A DNA stretch of 64,000 bases, taken from contig OZ024741.1 of assembly GCA_964016885.1 (NCBI GenBank), positions 92,132,001-92,196,000 on the forward strand, read 5' to 3'. The stretch is from Eledone cirrhosa. Its lineage: Eukaryota. The position numbers and the translations under genes are program-made. Below, one piece after another: positions 42,001 to 55,146 of the stretch. Position 1 is the first letter of the stretch; the number at the start of each line of letters is the position of its first letter. Below the pieces are notes generated by a model that saw nothing but the letters and a program-made list of their open reading frames with translations, was not told the DNA's origin and did no database searches.

Positions 42001-45000
42001 CTGCAGCTATGAAATAGTGCCATTGCTTGCTACATATCTGTTTATCTCTTAACCTTTTCAAAACCAAACTGCTTGAAACCACTCCTAGCTCTATGATACT
42101 AAGCTGTATATTAATTTGTACTGCATCAAACTGAATTAGCAAAACATCTTGAACAGTACAAAACAGCATTATGATTGCATCCACATCAAAAATTAAAGCT
42201 TTACTTGAATACTGTAAATTTTCACAATTATCTGTCCACTAGTAAAGATTCTATAAACATTTGAATTAACAGGCTTATTTTAGACATTTTCTGCTAAATC
42301 AATACAGGAGGTTAAGAGTTAATTAACAATTATGTATATGCAGTATTATTTACATGATCTACTGCATTACATTAAATATTTAAATCCTTAGTTTAATATT
42401 TTAAATTTTGACAATGATTTGTACCCCTGTAAAAATACTATAAACATTTGAATTAATAAGCCCATTTTTAGATATTTTTTGCTAAATCGTTAGAGGATTT
42501 ATGTTGCTATATTTAGCAGGTTTAGCAACAATGTAGAAGCTCCCTGCTTGGCTCATACAGTCTTTCTTTCTTTTGGTGAAACTAATTCAACATTCCTTGG
42601 AAATTACTACCGCAGATAAAACCAATAAAAAACATATGATCATCATCATCTTCGTTTAACGTCCATCTTCCTCGCTAGCATGGGTTAGATGTAAAATAAA
42701 AAGATAAATAGAATGTAGGTAGCTTCATCGTTTCAATCATTCTAATTAAAGTAAGAAGTGATGTGACTAAGAGGGTTATTGCCAAGAAAAGCATCCAAAA
42801 GTATGAAGCTTGTCATGGGACCCACAATACTAAAATATTTATTGTTGTTGCATGTTATGTGTCTTTGTATATAATGGAATGAAATCAATATTTTTACTTT
42901 CAGGTTAAGATAAGCAATATTATTGCTGTTCATGCTGCCACAGCTCACCCAATTAAAGACCAAAATGGGACATTATATAACCTAGCAACAAATTTCAAAA
43001 ATAAAAACATGGCCTATAACATCGTGGCTAGCGAACCAAACGACCAGAAAGGTTTGCATTGCAATTTTTCCTTTTTTTATACCAAATTACCTCTGGTTCT
43101 ATAATACAAAACTATTATAAACTGTTTATATCTATCATAATTCTATGTAAGAACCTTTGTGCTTAATATTGAAAAAGTTAGTTATCTTACAAAATCCCTC
43201 AAAATTCTTGATTATTATCAAAATGGTTTAAAAATAATAAGCAGTGTTTTTTTTAAAGAAATATTGTAATACAACGGTTATGTTACAAACACCAGATTAA
43301 TAAGGAATTAGTTATATGGAAGTTATCCAACTATCTTGCTTGTGGTCTACCTCTGAGTTTCCTGCCAGCTGGCTTTGCCTGTGAAATCTGTTCTGGGATT
43401 CTTTCTTTAGATATTTTAACCATATGTTCATAGTACTGAAGATGAGATCTCCCAATGCAAAGAAGTAGTCCTTCTACCTAGAGCAACTCACTGCTCTCTA
43501 AGCTATACACCTTATTGAGTAACATTACTGCAGAGACCATTCATAATCTCAGTTGGTCTCACTTGGGGATCCAACCGAATGAATCACTTGGAGACGATAG
43601 CTTCTGGGAGGAGGCGAAGGAGGAAAAGTTTTTTATGATAAGAATGTCTAGGAATGGAAGTTGGTTTTGACTATATTCCATTGTGAATTGGATGTTATTA
43701 TTGATGCTGTTAATTAGAGTTTTGAATTCATTGAGTTGGTCAAGTGTGTTTGATTGTTGGTAATAGTTTACCTTTTCATAATAGGTAGTGTCTTGTAGGA
43801 GAGAAGATATAGAATTTTTTTAGTGTTCAACATCCATAATGTCGACAGTACTTCCATTATCTGCTTCTTTGATTATGATGTCATGATTGTCTTCAATTCA
43901 TGAATAATTTTCCATTCTTTTCAGCTGGTGTTGGATTTAGGTTTAGAGTGTGGTAGTTCATTGGATGGAAAGTTAATATGAGGTCACAAAATTTGTCTAA
44001 GACTTTATTCCTACCTTTTGTAGGTTTGTAGTTGCTTTTATTCCACACAACTGACTCGTCATTATTTTTCTTGTCAAAGGGCAGTGAATTGACAGTATTG
44101 ATAGAGGGTCAGACACCATGCTTTGTTGCATAGGGTTATGGCCCATTACGTCCTGAGTTCAAATCCCACCGAGGTTAACTTTGCCTTTCATCCTAACGGG
44201 GTTGATAAAATAAAGTACCAGTAATGCACTGATATAATTGCTGGCCTTTTGCCAAAAGTATAAACAATTATTTTTTTTGTCAAAAAATTCTTCTGGCGTA
44301 ATTTTCTACAGAAGTATGAAATATCATCCTGTATCTCATTGAGGTTGGGGTATTGTGGTTTTGGAATGAATTTTAATCTCGTTGATAGGTTTATATTCGA
44401 TAGATTGATTATTTTCAGTTTTTCATAATCGGTTTGTACCAGCGAGTGTTGTGGATTCTGTTGACTAAAGAGTGATTTTTTTACTTTTTCCTTTCTTGGG
44501 TATTTATGTAACTGATAGCATTTTCTCTTTTATTGTGTGGTCTTTTATAGTAATTTCAGATATTCTTTGATACTGATTATTGTTGTTCTTGTTTGGGATT
44601 GTTTTGCAAGTTGTGGTTTCTGTTCTTTTGTGCATGTTGGGATTTATGGTTTCAGAATAAATCCTGTCTTGAGGCAGGGAGCGCTTGAATTCTTTTAGTG
44701 GGGTTATATATACATATATGCTAGCAGGGAAAAGGAATGTTAAATGATGGTGATGTTATATATATATATATACAACAGTTAAATGATGGTGATGGTATAT
44801 ATATATATTCACACCTCCGTCCAGACCCATGCTAGCGTGGAAAATGGACGTTAAACGATGATGATGATGATGATATACAACAGACTTCCCAACAGTTCCT
44901 CTCTACCAAAATCTCACTCATTTTCAGTCCAACCGTGTGATACCTTGACCTTGGCCAAATGTCTTCTACTATATCTGTGGGGCTCTCACGAGATAGAGGG

Positions 45001-48000
45001 GGGTGTAGAGCTGCCATGGGAGGGGGATTGCCAGAAGTTGGGGGGACGCCTGACCGGAAGCAGGAGAATGGGGGCGACTCGAGGGACCAGGCGATCAACA
45101 GAGGCCTCTTAGCTATATGCCCTGCAAGGTGATGGATGTGTGAAGACAGACGCGAGCAGAAAGTACCTCCATGTGAACCAGAGAAACGCAAGGTAAATCC
45201 GAATGCCTCCGACTACAATATCCTCAGGTTGACCAATGCCTTGCAAATGAAATTTGGGAGATGGAGCCTGTACAGAAGCTTGTCATTGTTTTCACCGTCA
45301 TCATCATTTAATGTGTGTGTGTGTTTGTTTATATCTTGTAATGTAGTTGTTTGATATAAAAAGATAAATTAAATAAATACCAAGCTTAGAGGAAAAGAAT
45401 ACTGGAGGTTGATATTATCAGCTGAATCCTTTTAATGTCCCCTAGCATGTCCCCAGTTAAATGACTGAAACCAGTGAAAGAATGAAAGAATAAACAACAC
45501 AAGCTAACAATAAAAAGAATAGAGTAAAGCAACATCACAATCATATCAACATCAGCAACACACTTAACATGGTAGTTATTAAACAAAGAATCGATTGTAT
45601 TCAAGAACCATTGAGAAAATTTTGACAGTTGAATGTATGTTAGTTTAAAGTAAGCTACTTCATAGTCTAAAAAAAAATTAAGTTGAAGCAGCTTACTTGA
45701 TGGTAACATAATTTCAAAATAGTAGTTATTGGTTGTTTTGTTTTGTTTTTCTACCGAGTAGATGTGGAACCATTTAACAACCTCCATATTGTTGGGAGTG
45801 TACCTTCGAGGTGGAGAGCTCATTACTCATATAGCCACAGTTTTGCAATGTCAGAGAACTACTTTATTATCTTAGAACAGAACCTTTGCTTCAACCTTTT
45901 TAAAGCTGCATTTGCTCAGCTCATAGGCTGCAGCTACATGGAGTGTTTATCAGTGTTTGACCAAGAAGAGGTATGTACACATCATTTTACATTCACTTTC
46001 CATGCTGGCATAGGTTGAACAGGTCTGAGATTAGATGGGTCAGAGAACTACATCTTGCTCATATGTTTCATATTTTCGTATTGTTTCTGCAGCATGGTGC
46101 CCTTCCTAATACCAGCCATTTTGTAAAGTGTATTGGCTGAATTTTGTCATAGCACCAGCACTACCATCTTACAGATTATACTAGGTGCATTTTATTGTGG
46201 TGCAGCATTACTACTACTTTACATAGTGCACTGGGGTCATTTTAACATGGCAACAGAACAACCAGTTTATAGGGTGTGCTGGGTGCATTTTATTGAGGTA
46301 CCAGTTGACTGGAGTAATATTAAAGGAAGTGTCTTGCTCAAATGCACAATGTGCCATCTTGACAGGAATCAAACTCATAACCTTATTATCTTCCATTTGG
46401 AACACCTGGCAGTTCTTCACCCAACAATCATCATCCCTATAGATTACCTGTTTATACCAATGCCATCCTCTTCCAAGCACACTACATCTGATTCCTCTTG
46501 TACCTAGTTTCTCTCTCAACCCATCCATGTCATTCATGTACAGCAAATATCACACAACCAATCGAGCATACTCAATCAGTTTTTCTCCGGCCTTCACATA
46601 TCCTCTGCATTCATTGCCCATGTTTCCACTACCATCACATTTCTCAAAGTATTATACAATCTACTCTTTCCTCCTTGATATTTTGCATCCCATTCTTACT
46701 CTACTTGTCTGTAAATCCATATTTTACTTTAAGAGTGTACTGCCTAGTTGTCATTGAATCTAAACCATTGAATACAATTTTGTCTTCTCAAATAACATAT
46801 TTTATACACTCTGCTCAATTTATCACCCTCAGTACTGCATCCATCTTCAAGTTATTTCCTACTAATAAATGTTTCCTTGCTAACTGTTACCCTCAAAGTT
46901 TTAATTATTTTGATTGTAAACTGCCTGAAACTACTTCTGGTTCTACAGTAGAAAACTATTCATTTTAGAATGTTTGTGTTTATCCAAAATTCTATCATAA
47001 ATTTATGTAAGATATTCCAAACTTAATGAGAAAATTAGTTTTATTACCAATTCCCTCCAAATTCTGGTTTGATTAATTTCAAAATGATTTGAAAATTATA
47101 GGCAATATCTTTCTTTAAAAATATAGGAACAAAAGGGTTAATGTTCAACATTCTTGTATTTTCCAGGTTCAGTTTACAGTTTTACAAAAGAAAGATGGAG
47201 AAAGATTGAAAACAGTTTACCGTGCAGAAAATATTTTCTGCTTCCATTTCATAAATTCTTTTGAAAACAATGATCATTTGGTTGTTGATTTATGTGGCTA
47301 CAATGAGGTAGATGTAGTCAAAAACCTTTACATAAAAGCCCTGGAAAATTCCCAGGGCCCTAATGCAACTCCATTCTTTATGCGATATGTATTCCCACTG
47401 AATGTTAATGAAGAGGTAAGTTCAATATCAGATTTACATATGGGCTAAGTGGGCTACCTGTGTGCATCCAGTGTAGAATCGGTACACTGTATCTTGGTTT
47501 GTTGTAAGAGTGGCTGACTGGGTTGGTGACATGAAGGGCATCCAGCCATGAAACGCTGCCTCAAAATGGAGCTCATGATGAGTATGAAGTTTGTCATGGG
47601 ATCCACAAGACTAGGGAAAATGGCCTCCAAATGGTTTTGTCATTACTATGTAGGTTGAAGCTCAAGACCTCAGTCCAGGAGCCCCCACATTCATTTTTGA
47701 TATATATTAAAACATAGCTATGAAACACATTTCTATTGAAATTGAAAAGTTCATAATTGTTAATAAAGATGTTGAAACCCCATCTTCATTTGATGTATAA
47801 GTCTACACTCATGAACTTTTAATTTTCATTATGTTTCTTGTGAGCAGGTGCTAGGGGCTCTAAATGTTCTCTAGCCTAAAGTCCCTAGTTGCTATAATCT
47901 GGCCATTTGTAAGATGAAACATTATCCTCAACAATTTATAAACACTTCATTTTTTAATATCATAACAGCAACAACTGAGATTGTGATCTATTCTTAATTG

Positions 48001-51000
48001 TAACTATTTCATTTCATTGAACTCCCAAGGAAAAAAATATGAATATTACATAATCTTTAACATTCTGTAAAAGTTAGAGATCCCTTGTTTAATGAGATAT
48101 GGTCTTTGACATTTATAGATAGGGAGAGTATTTGATTCCTTACTCACATGCTGACTCTTTATGAAGGCAAAGTTATTGCTGCTTCTCATCACGCTCTTCT
48201 ACCCTCCTCCACTGCTAATTAGATCACCTAGGTAACAGAAGTTATTAATCATTTTGTGGATCCTTCATGTGATTGAAAAAGGTTTATATCACTGAGGTTC
48301 TTACTATCGATTATCCCTGTACAAAGTTTTCCTTTCATATTAGTCTGCCTGCTATTCCACTACATCTTTTGTGTACCCAAAATTTGCATTGTGTACATTG
48401 TATAGAGTTTATGCTTACTCCTTTTCTATATATTAAGTAAGGCCTCATTCCCGATGGGATCCAGGTTTTGTCTTCTTTCCTACTTACTAACACCTTACTC
48501 ACAAGTTTACTCACAGCCCTTTTGGTTGTGAATTGTTTCCACAGTTGGAACTTATCCTCTAGTTCTTCTACAGATTCAGTTATGAGAACCCGATCATCTA
48601 CATGCAAAGGTTCCCATGGACAGCCAGTCAAGTTATAGCTTGGAGAACTATAATGAACAAAAGTGGGTTGAGAATTGAACCCTGATGAACATCTACTTAT
48701 ACCTTGCATTCATCTCTAGACTCCTTTTTTAGTCCCACTCTACTGACAGCTCCTTTGTACATGGCTTGCACTGCTCTCACAAGCCATTCTTCTACACTTA
48801 ATTTGCTTAAGAACCACCAGATGACAGATCTCGGTCTCTGTCAAAGGTCTTTTCTAAATCAACAAACGCTAAATATAGCAGCTTATTCTTGGCTAAGAAT
48901 TTCTCTTGAAATTGTCTCACTAGGAAAAGGGCATCTGTAGCACTTTTCCAAGACACAAAACCGAACTGCATCTCATTTAATTTGACTCTTTCATTAATTA
49001 GCAGTGCTAGAACTCTCTGTCACCTTCATAACTTGGCCCATTGGTTTTATTCCTCTCTAGTTGCTCTATCACCTTTTCCCTTGTAGCAATTTATGATTGT
49101 ACTACTGTGGCAGTCATTGGGTTTGACTCCATTCTGTATTATCTGATTGACTTGGACTTCAATTTAAATAGGAACCCTTTAAAACAGGTGGTTTTGTTTC
49201 ATAGAGCCTAAGATGGTTTAGAGCAGAGTTGGTATCATACGGATCAGCAAAGTTAAATATTCTAAAGGATTATAATCTTTCTGTAATTTAGACACCTGTT
49301 GGAATGAATCTTATAACTCTGGAAGGAAGCAAAGCTACAGCTATCAAGAGAACTGATGGCAGCATTATTCTTACTTGTGATTATTTAAATGATAACCCTT
49401 CAGGTAAAAACATATTTCATATAAAATACACTAACTGTCAACATATTGTTAATAGCATGTTGTTTTTGTTTGGCAGAGTTGTTAGATCATCAGACTAAAT
49501 GCTTTACAACATTTGTTCTGGTTCTCAAATATAGACGAGGTCAACTTTATTTTTTATCCTTTCAGGGGTCAAGAAATAAAACACTAGCCTGTAGTTGGTA
49601 GATTGGCAGGATTGGTAAAGTATTGATTGAGATGCCTTCTCGTGAGGTATATTCTGAGTTCAAGTCTCACTTCCTGTTACTTGAAAAGTGATAACACTAC
49701 TACCAGGAGCTGCAACTGACAGATAGTTTCAGCAATGGAAAGCTCAATGGAAACAATTTCTGTGGTTTGATTAGCCCTTTCCTTTTCTTTTCCCTTTAGG
49801 ACTGGGTGATAATTATACTTTGCTTTGAATTAGGACTTTCAGAGGGTTTATCATTATTTATAGGTTTATCATTATTTATAGGGCGGTGGATTGGCAGTAC
49901 CGGTAGAGGGTCGGACGCCATGCTTTCCAGCATAGTTACGTCCCTTTACGATCTGAGTTCAAATCCCGCCGAGGTTGACTTTGCCTTTCATCCTTACGGG
50001 GTCGATAAAATAAAGTACCAGTAATGCACTGGGTAATTGCTGGCCTTGTGCCTAAAGTAGAAACAATTATTTATAGGTGCAGAATTAGCTCCTTTGGTTA
50101 TGAGGTTACAACTATTTGGTTCCAGGTTTGATTGCAAAGCCTTGAGCAAGTGTCTTCTACTGTTGCCACAGGCTGACCAATGTTAGTCAGAAGCTATACA
50201 GAACCTATCATGTATGTGTATGAATTAGTGTAAAACTGCATGTCAAGTTACATCTTTTTACATCACAAGATAGTTTAGCTATTTAGTGTTGGTGACATGA
50301 CAAAATATACCCAGTCTACCCTATCAGGCAGTTGTGCCAGTGTCACAATAAAAGGTTTCCAGTATATATAGAGGCACATGGCTTAGTGGTTAGAGCATTG
50401 GCCTTGCAATCAAAAGGTTGTGAGTTCAATTCTCAGACCGGGTGATGTGTTGTTTCCTTGAGCAAGACACTTTATTGCTCCAGTTTACTCAGCTGTAGAA
50501 ATGAGATGGACTGGGGTCCATATCATTCCACTTTAAAGTGGTCGTGGAGATGCCATGGCAAAAAAGCACCCAGCACTCACTGTAAATGAGGTTGGTGTTA
50601 GGAAGGGCATCCAGCTGTAGAAATCGAGCCAAAATCAGTTCCCGTCCCACCCTTGCAAGCAGGGAAAGCGGACGTAAAATGAAATGAAATGATGATGATA
50701 TACTGTAAAGTGGTCGGTATTAGGAAGGATATCCAGTTGTAAAAACTAAGCCCAAAATGGTGCATATGAGAAAGACATGGTACCTGACTAGCCAAACCTC
50801 TGTACATGACATCATGTCTAATCAATGCACATGAAAAATAGATGTTAAACCAGGATGATTATGATGAGATCAATGAAATAAGTACCAAACTGAATTAAGT
50901 ACTGGGATCTGATATGGTTGACTAAAACACATAAATGTGAAACCAAAGAATGAATAACAGTTTTAATCTCAATGGCATTTGAACTCAGAATGTAAAGAGT

Positions 51001-51549
51001 TGGTGCTCTAATGATATTGCCAATCTACCACCCTGAGATATAGAAATAAATAATTGTTTCTACTTTAGGCACAAGGCCATCAATTACCCAGTACATTACT
51101 GGTACTTTATTTTATCGACCCCGTAAGGATGAAAGGCAAAGTTAACCTTGGCGGGATTTGAACTCAGACCGCAAAGGGACGTAACTATGCTGGAAAGCAT
51201 GGCGTCCGACCCTCTACCGATACTGCCAATCCACCGATATAGAAATAAATAATGATTTCTAATTTAGGTACAAGGTCAGCAAATATACTCTATTGACTCT
51301 GTCAATCCTCTGTCCTCATACAGAATTGAATAATAATTGTACATGTATTTCATTTACTGTGTGCTTCCTGCTTAGAATAGGTACACCGGATCACTGTGTG
51401 TCATAAGAAGCAAAAAAGACCAGGCGCGAAGGGCGCATGCATGCAACTCATGCAGTGCATGCATTATAGAATCTTGAGTTGATCAATTGCGTCGGTTGAA
51501 GCAAGCAGAATTTTGACTGCTTACTAAATCGTAGACACATAAAAAGATA

Positions 51550-51580
<31 letters not shown>

Positions 51581-54500
51581 GCACACGACAGCATCGGTTG
51601 AAGCAAGCAGAATTTTGGCTGCTTGCTAAATCGCAGACATAAAAAGATAACACACACACACACTAGATAACATTACATGTGGCTTTGACCGGGAGGGGAA
51701 TTGGGGGGGGGGGGGGTAAGGCTGCACAGCCCCACTTTCCGCCATGGCGGTTGGACTACATGCCCTGCTTTCCAGGTTACCCTTCGCCACTGAAAAAGAC
51801 CCCATGATAAGAATGAAGCCTATCATGTAACCACAAGGCATATTTCTCCTCGTTTATCTGGGAAAATGACCTTCAAATGCTTGTTTTTGCTGCATACATA
51901 TATGTGATATATGTATGTGTTTCATGACTCTACAAAAATGCAGTAATATTTCCATTTTATATTTCAGATGTAGAATCAAGACTAACCCTGGAGCTACCTA
52001 TTATAAATGCTACTCTTGCTGGGCAACCATATCGCTATACCTATGGTTCCTCTCTAAAAGATAAAGTAAGTTGTTATTTATTCCAACTTTTTATTCCATT
52101 TTAGATCTTATTTCCCACATAAACTGAAGTATTTACTTTCATTACAGCCATATGTCTTCCCTACCTATATACATATGCACACACATATGCATGGACACTG
52201 CAAATGAAGTGACCAAGCTGAAACTTCATAGTCAATGCCATGTTTCTACTTAGACAATAAATTTCTATACTCTGCCCACCAGTATTAAGTGCTCAATCAC
52301 TAAATTTTTGAATATAATAATGAAAATATTGTGTACAGTGCTGAGGTGCACTAAAACTCATCAAAAGTGTTTGTATATTACATAGGGTAATGTACAAACG
52401 TCAGGAAAATGAACAGTGCATGAGTAATGATATTCACATGTGTGCATGTGTATGGAAGGGGGACATCAGGTGTAGTTTTAGCGAATTTTGGGAAGCATGA
52501 GGGTTTTAAAGGATGCAGTGTCTCGGCATCTAACAACTGATGCAGGCAGTTTGTTCCATGTTTCAGCAACTCTAAGCGTGAAAAAATGTTTCCGAAAGTC
52601 ATGGAAGCTGTGCTGTTTTCTGACTTTGTAGGCATGTCCACATGTGTTAGACACATGGAGATCAAAAAGGTGCTGAGGGTTGTTGTTGGCGAGATGGTTA
52701 ATAACTTTGTGGGTGTTTACCAAGTCCATTGCCAGACGTTGGAGCTTCAATGAATCCATGCCCAGGGAAGCAAGGCGTTCAGAGTATGGTAGGTGTCTGA
52801 TGGAGGGTATGCACTTGGTTGCACATCTCTGAACAGTTTCCAGGAGGTCAATGTTCTGAGCAAGATAGAGGTTCCAGACTGATGATGCGAATTCCAAGTG
52901 TGGTCGTACCATAGCTGTATACAGCTTTAAATAGATGGCTGGAGAGCGGCTAACAAAGGTCTTGTTGAATGATGCCAAGACACCCTCGGCCTTCTTGACA
53001 ATTTTAGAGATGTGCTTTGTCCAACGCATATCGCTGCTGACTGTAATGCCCAGGTCACGTTCACAAGAGGACTTCTTGATATCAGTATTGTGGAGGGAGT
53101 ATGTGAACGCTGGATTTTTCCTCCCAAAATGCATGGTGGTACACTTGTCCACAGCCAGCTTCAGTTGCCAGTCTGTGATCCATTGCTGCATTGTGTCCAG
53201 GTCTGATTGTAGGAAAGAGTTATAGATTTCAGGATCTGTCTTTTTGATTTCAAGGTACAGCTTGATGTCATCTGCATATTTCAGTACTGTGGCATTCTTT
53301 AAGTTGGCATCTATGTCATTAATGTATGCAACAAACAAAAGGGGACCAATTTTAAATACTATGGTATTTTAAACACATATTCTTATATAAAGACAAACTG
53401 AGGTACAATCTTAAATCTGTGAACATACCTGCCACTTCTTTTGAAGCCCTACTTGCTGACCATGGAAAATGAAGAACTGTCTGCCATAAAGTTATAAAGA
53501 ACTATGAAAAATTTCATCTGGCTCATTTTTGTAATCTAAGATATAACACCAAGATCTGATCAAATATTCCATCTGCTCAAATTCATGGACTAAGTACCAT
53601 TTAAGGTATAACCATAAAAAACTGAACTGAGAAGACTGTTTATCCCTCATACATCAATATACAACAGGAGAATCCATCACACACACATATATATATATGG
53701 AGGCACATGGCTTAGTGGTTAGAACATTGGCCTTGCAATCGAAAGGTTGTGAGTTCAATTCTCAGACCGGGTGATGTGTTGTTTCCTTGAGCAAGACACT
53801 TTATTTCACATTGCTCCAGTTTACTCAGCTGTAGAAATGAGATGATAGGGACTAAGGTCCCTATCATTCCACTGTAAAGTGGTCATGGAGGTGCCACGGC
53901 AAAAAAGCACCCAGCACTCACTGTAAATGAGGTTGGTGTTAGGAAGGGCATCCAGCTGTAGAAATCAAGCCAGAATCAGTTCCCGTCCCACCTTTGCAAG
54001 CAGGGAAAAGCGGACGTAAAATGATGATTATGTATAACTACTAATTTGTATTTTTCCCTTTCATCCTTCACTACACCTTGCCTTCTACTGACTCCCCACT
54101 ACCGTATAGTACCTTTCTGGTATCTCCCAATGCTAGTGAGGTGTGTAGAGATGTAATTCTCAATTTAGGAATCACATCTGTTGAGCCTTTGTCATTCTTT
54201 TGACCCCAACTTGGCTTAAACCAGCTCTGGTTTTATTATACAAAACCACCCATTCTAAAGTGTTGCCATTTAAATTAGAATCTTCCAACATAATTTTATA
54301 GAACTACAGGTTAAGTTACTATTTTAGTAATGAAATAATTAATCATTTTCGTACAAATCCCTCAGAATTCTTCATTAATTGAAATAGAGTGCATTTTATT
54401 AGAAATACAGGTGCAAAAGGATTTTAAAAACTATGTTAATCTTACAGATTAATTTAGTAATTTATCATATCATCTGAAAGTTTCCTCTCTCAAATGCCAG

Positions 54501-55114
54501 ATTACCAAAGTTGATACTGTGAAACGAAGCCAGATGCAATACACAGATCCAAAAGGAAATTGTCTTGGAGAACCTGTGTTTATAGCGGCACCTGATGCTA
54601 CAGAAGAAGATGATGGTAGGTGTTTTCTGAAGAAAAATGTTCTTTGTTTTGTAATGAATTTGACAGTTGCAGGCATGGCTGTGTGAGTAGAGTTTGCTTT
54701 GCAACCATGTGATTTCAGGTTCAGTCACACTGTGTGGCACTTTAGAGTTGACCAATGTTTTGTGTGTAAGATTTGGTAGACGGAAACTGTAGAAGCCCAT
54801 CATATATATATATGTGCGTGTGTGTGTGTATGTGTATGTTCATGTTTACACTGATGTCTGTATCTCTATTTATGTTTCATAATTTATCAGTTCAACAAGG
54901 AGAGATTTTATACCAACTTACCTGAAACTGCCTGTGCTTCTATGATACAAGTCAGGTTCTAAACATAAAAATTAAAAATTTAAAAGTTAGTTATATTCCT
55001 AAAACCCTCAAATTCTTGGTTATTTTCAAAACTATTTGAAAATCATTGGAAGTTTATTTTTTATATTAGAAATATAGTAATGAAAGGGTTTAAAACAAAG
55101 AAAGGACATTTTTT

Positions 55115-55146
<32 letters not shown>

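Noticed and set aside
50371-50445. tRNA genes at SINE heads (also 34490, 53699, 57563 and family A heads)
   Set aside because: A and B boxes are present, but there is no closed acceptor stem and each continues into a SINE body.
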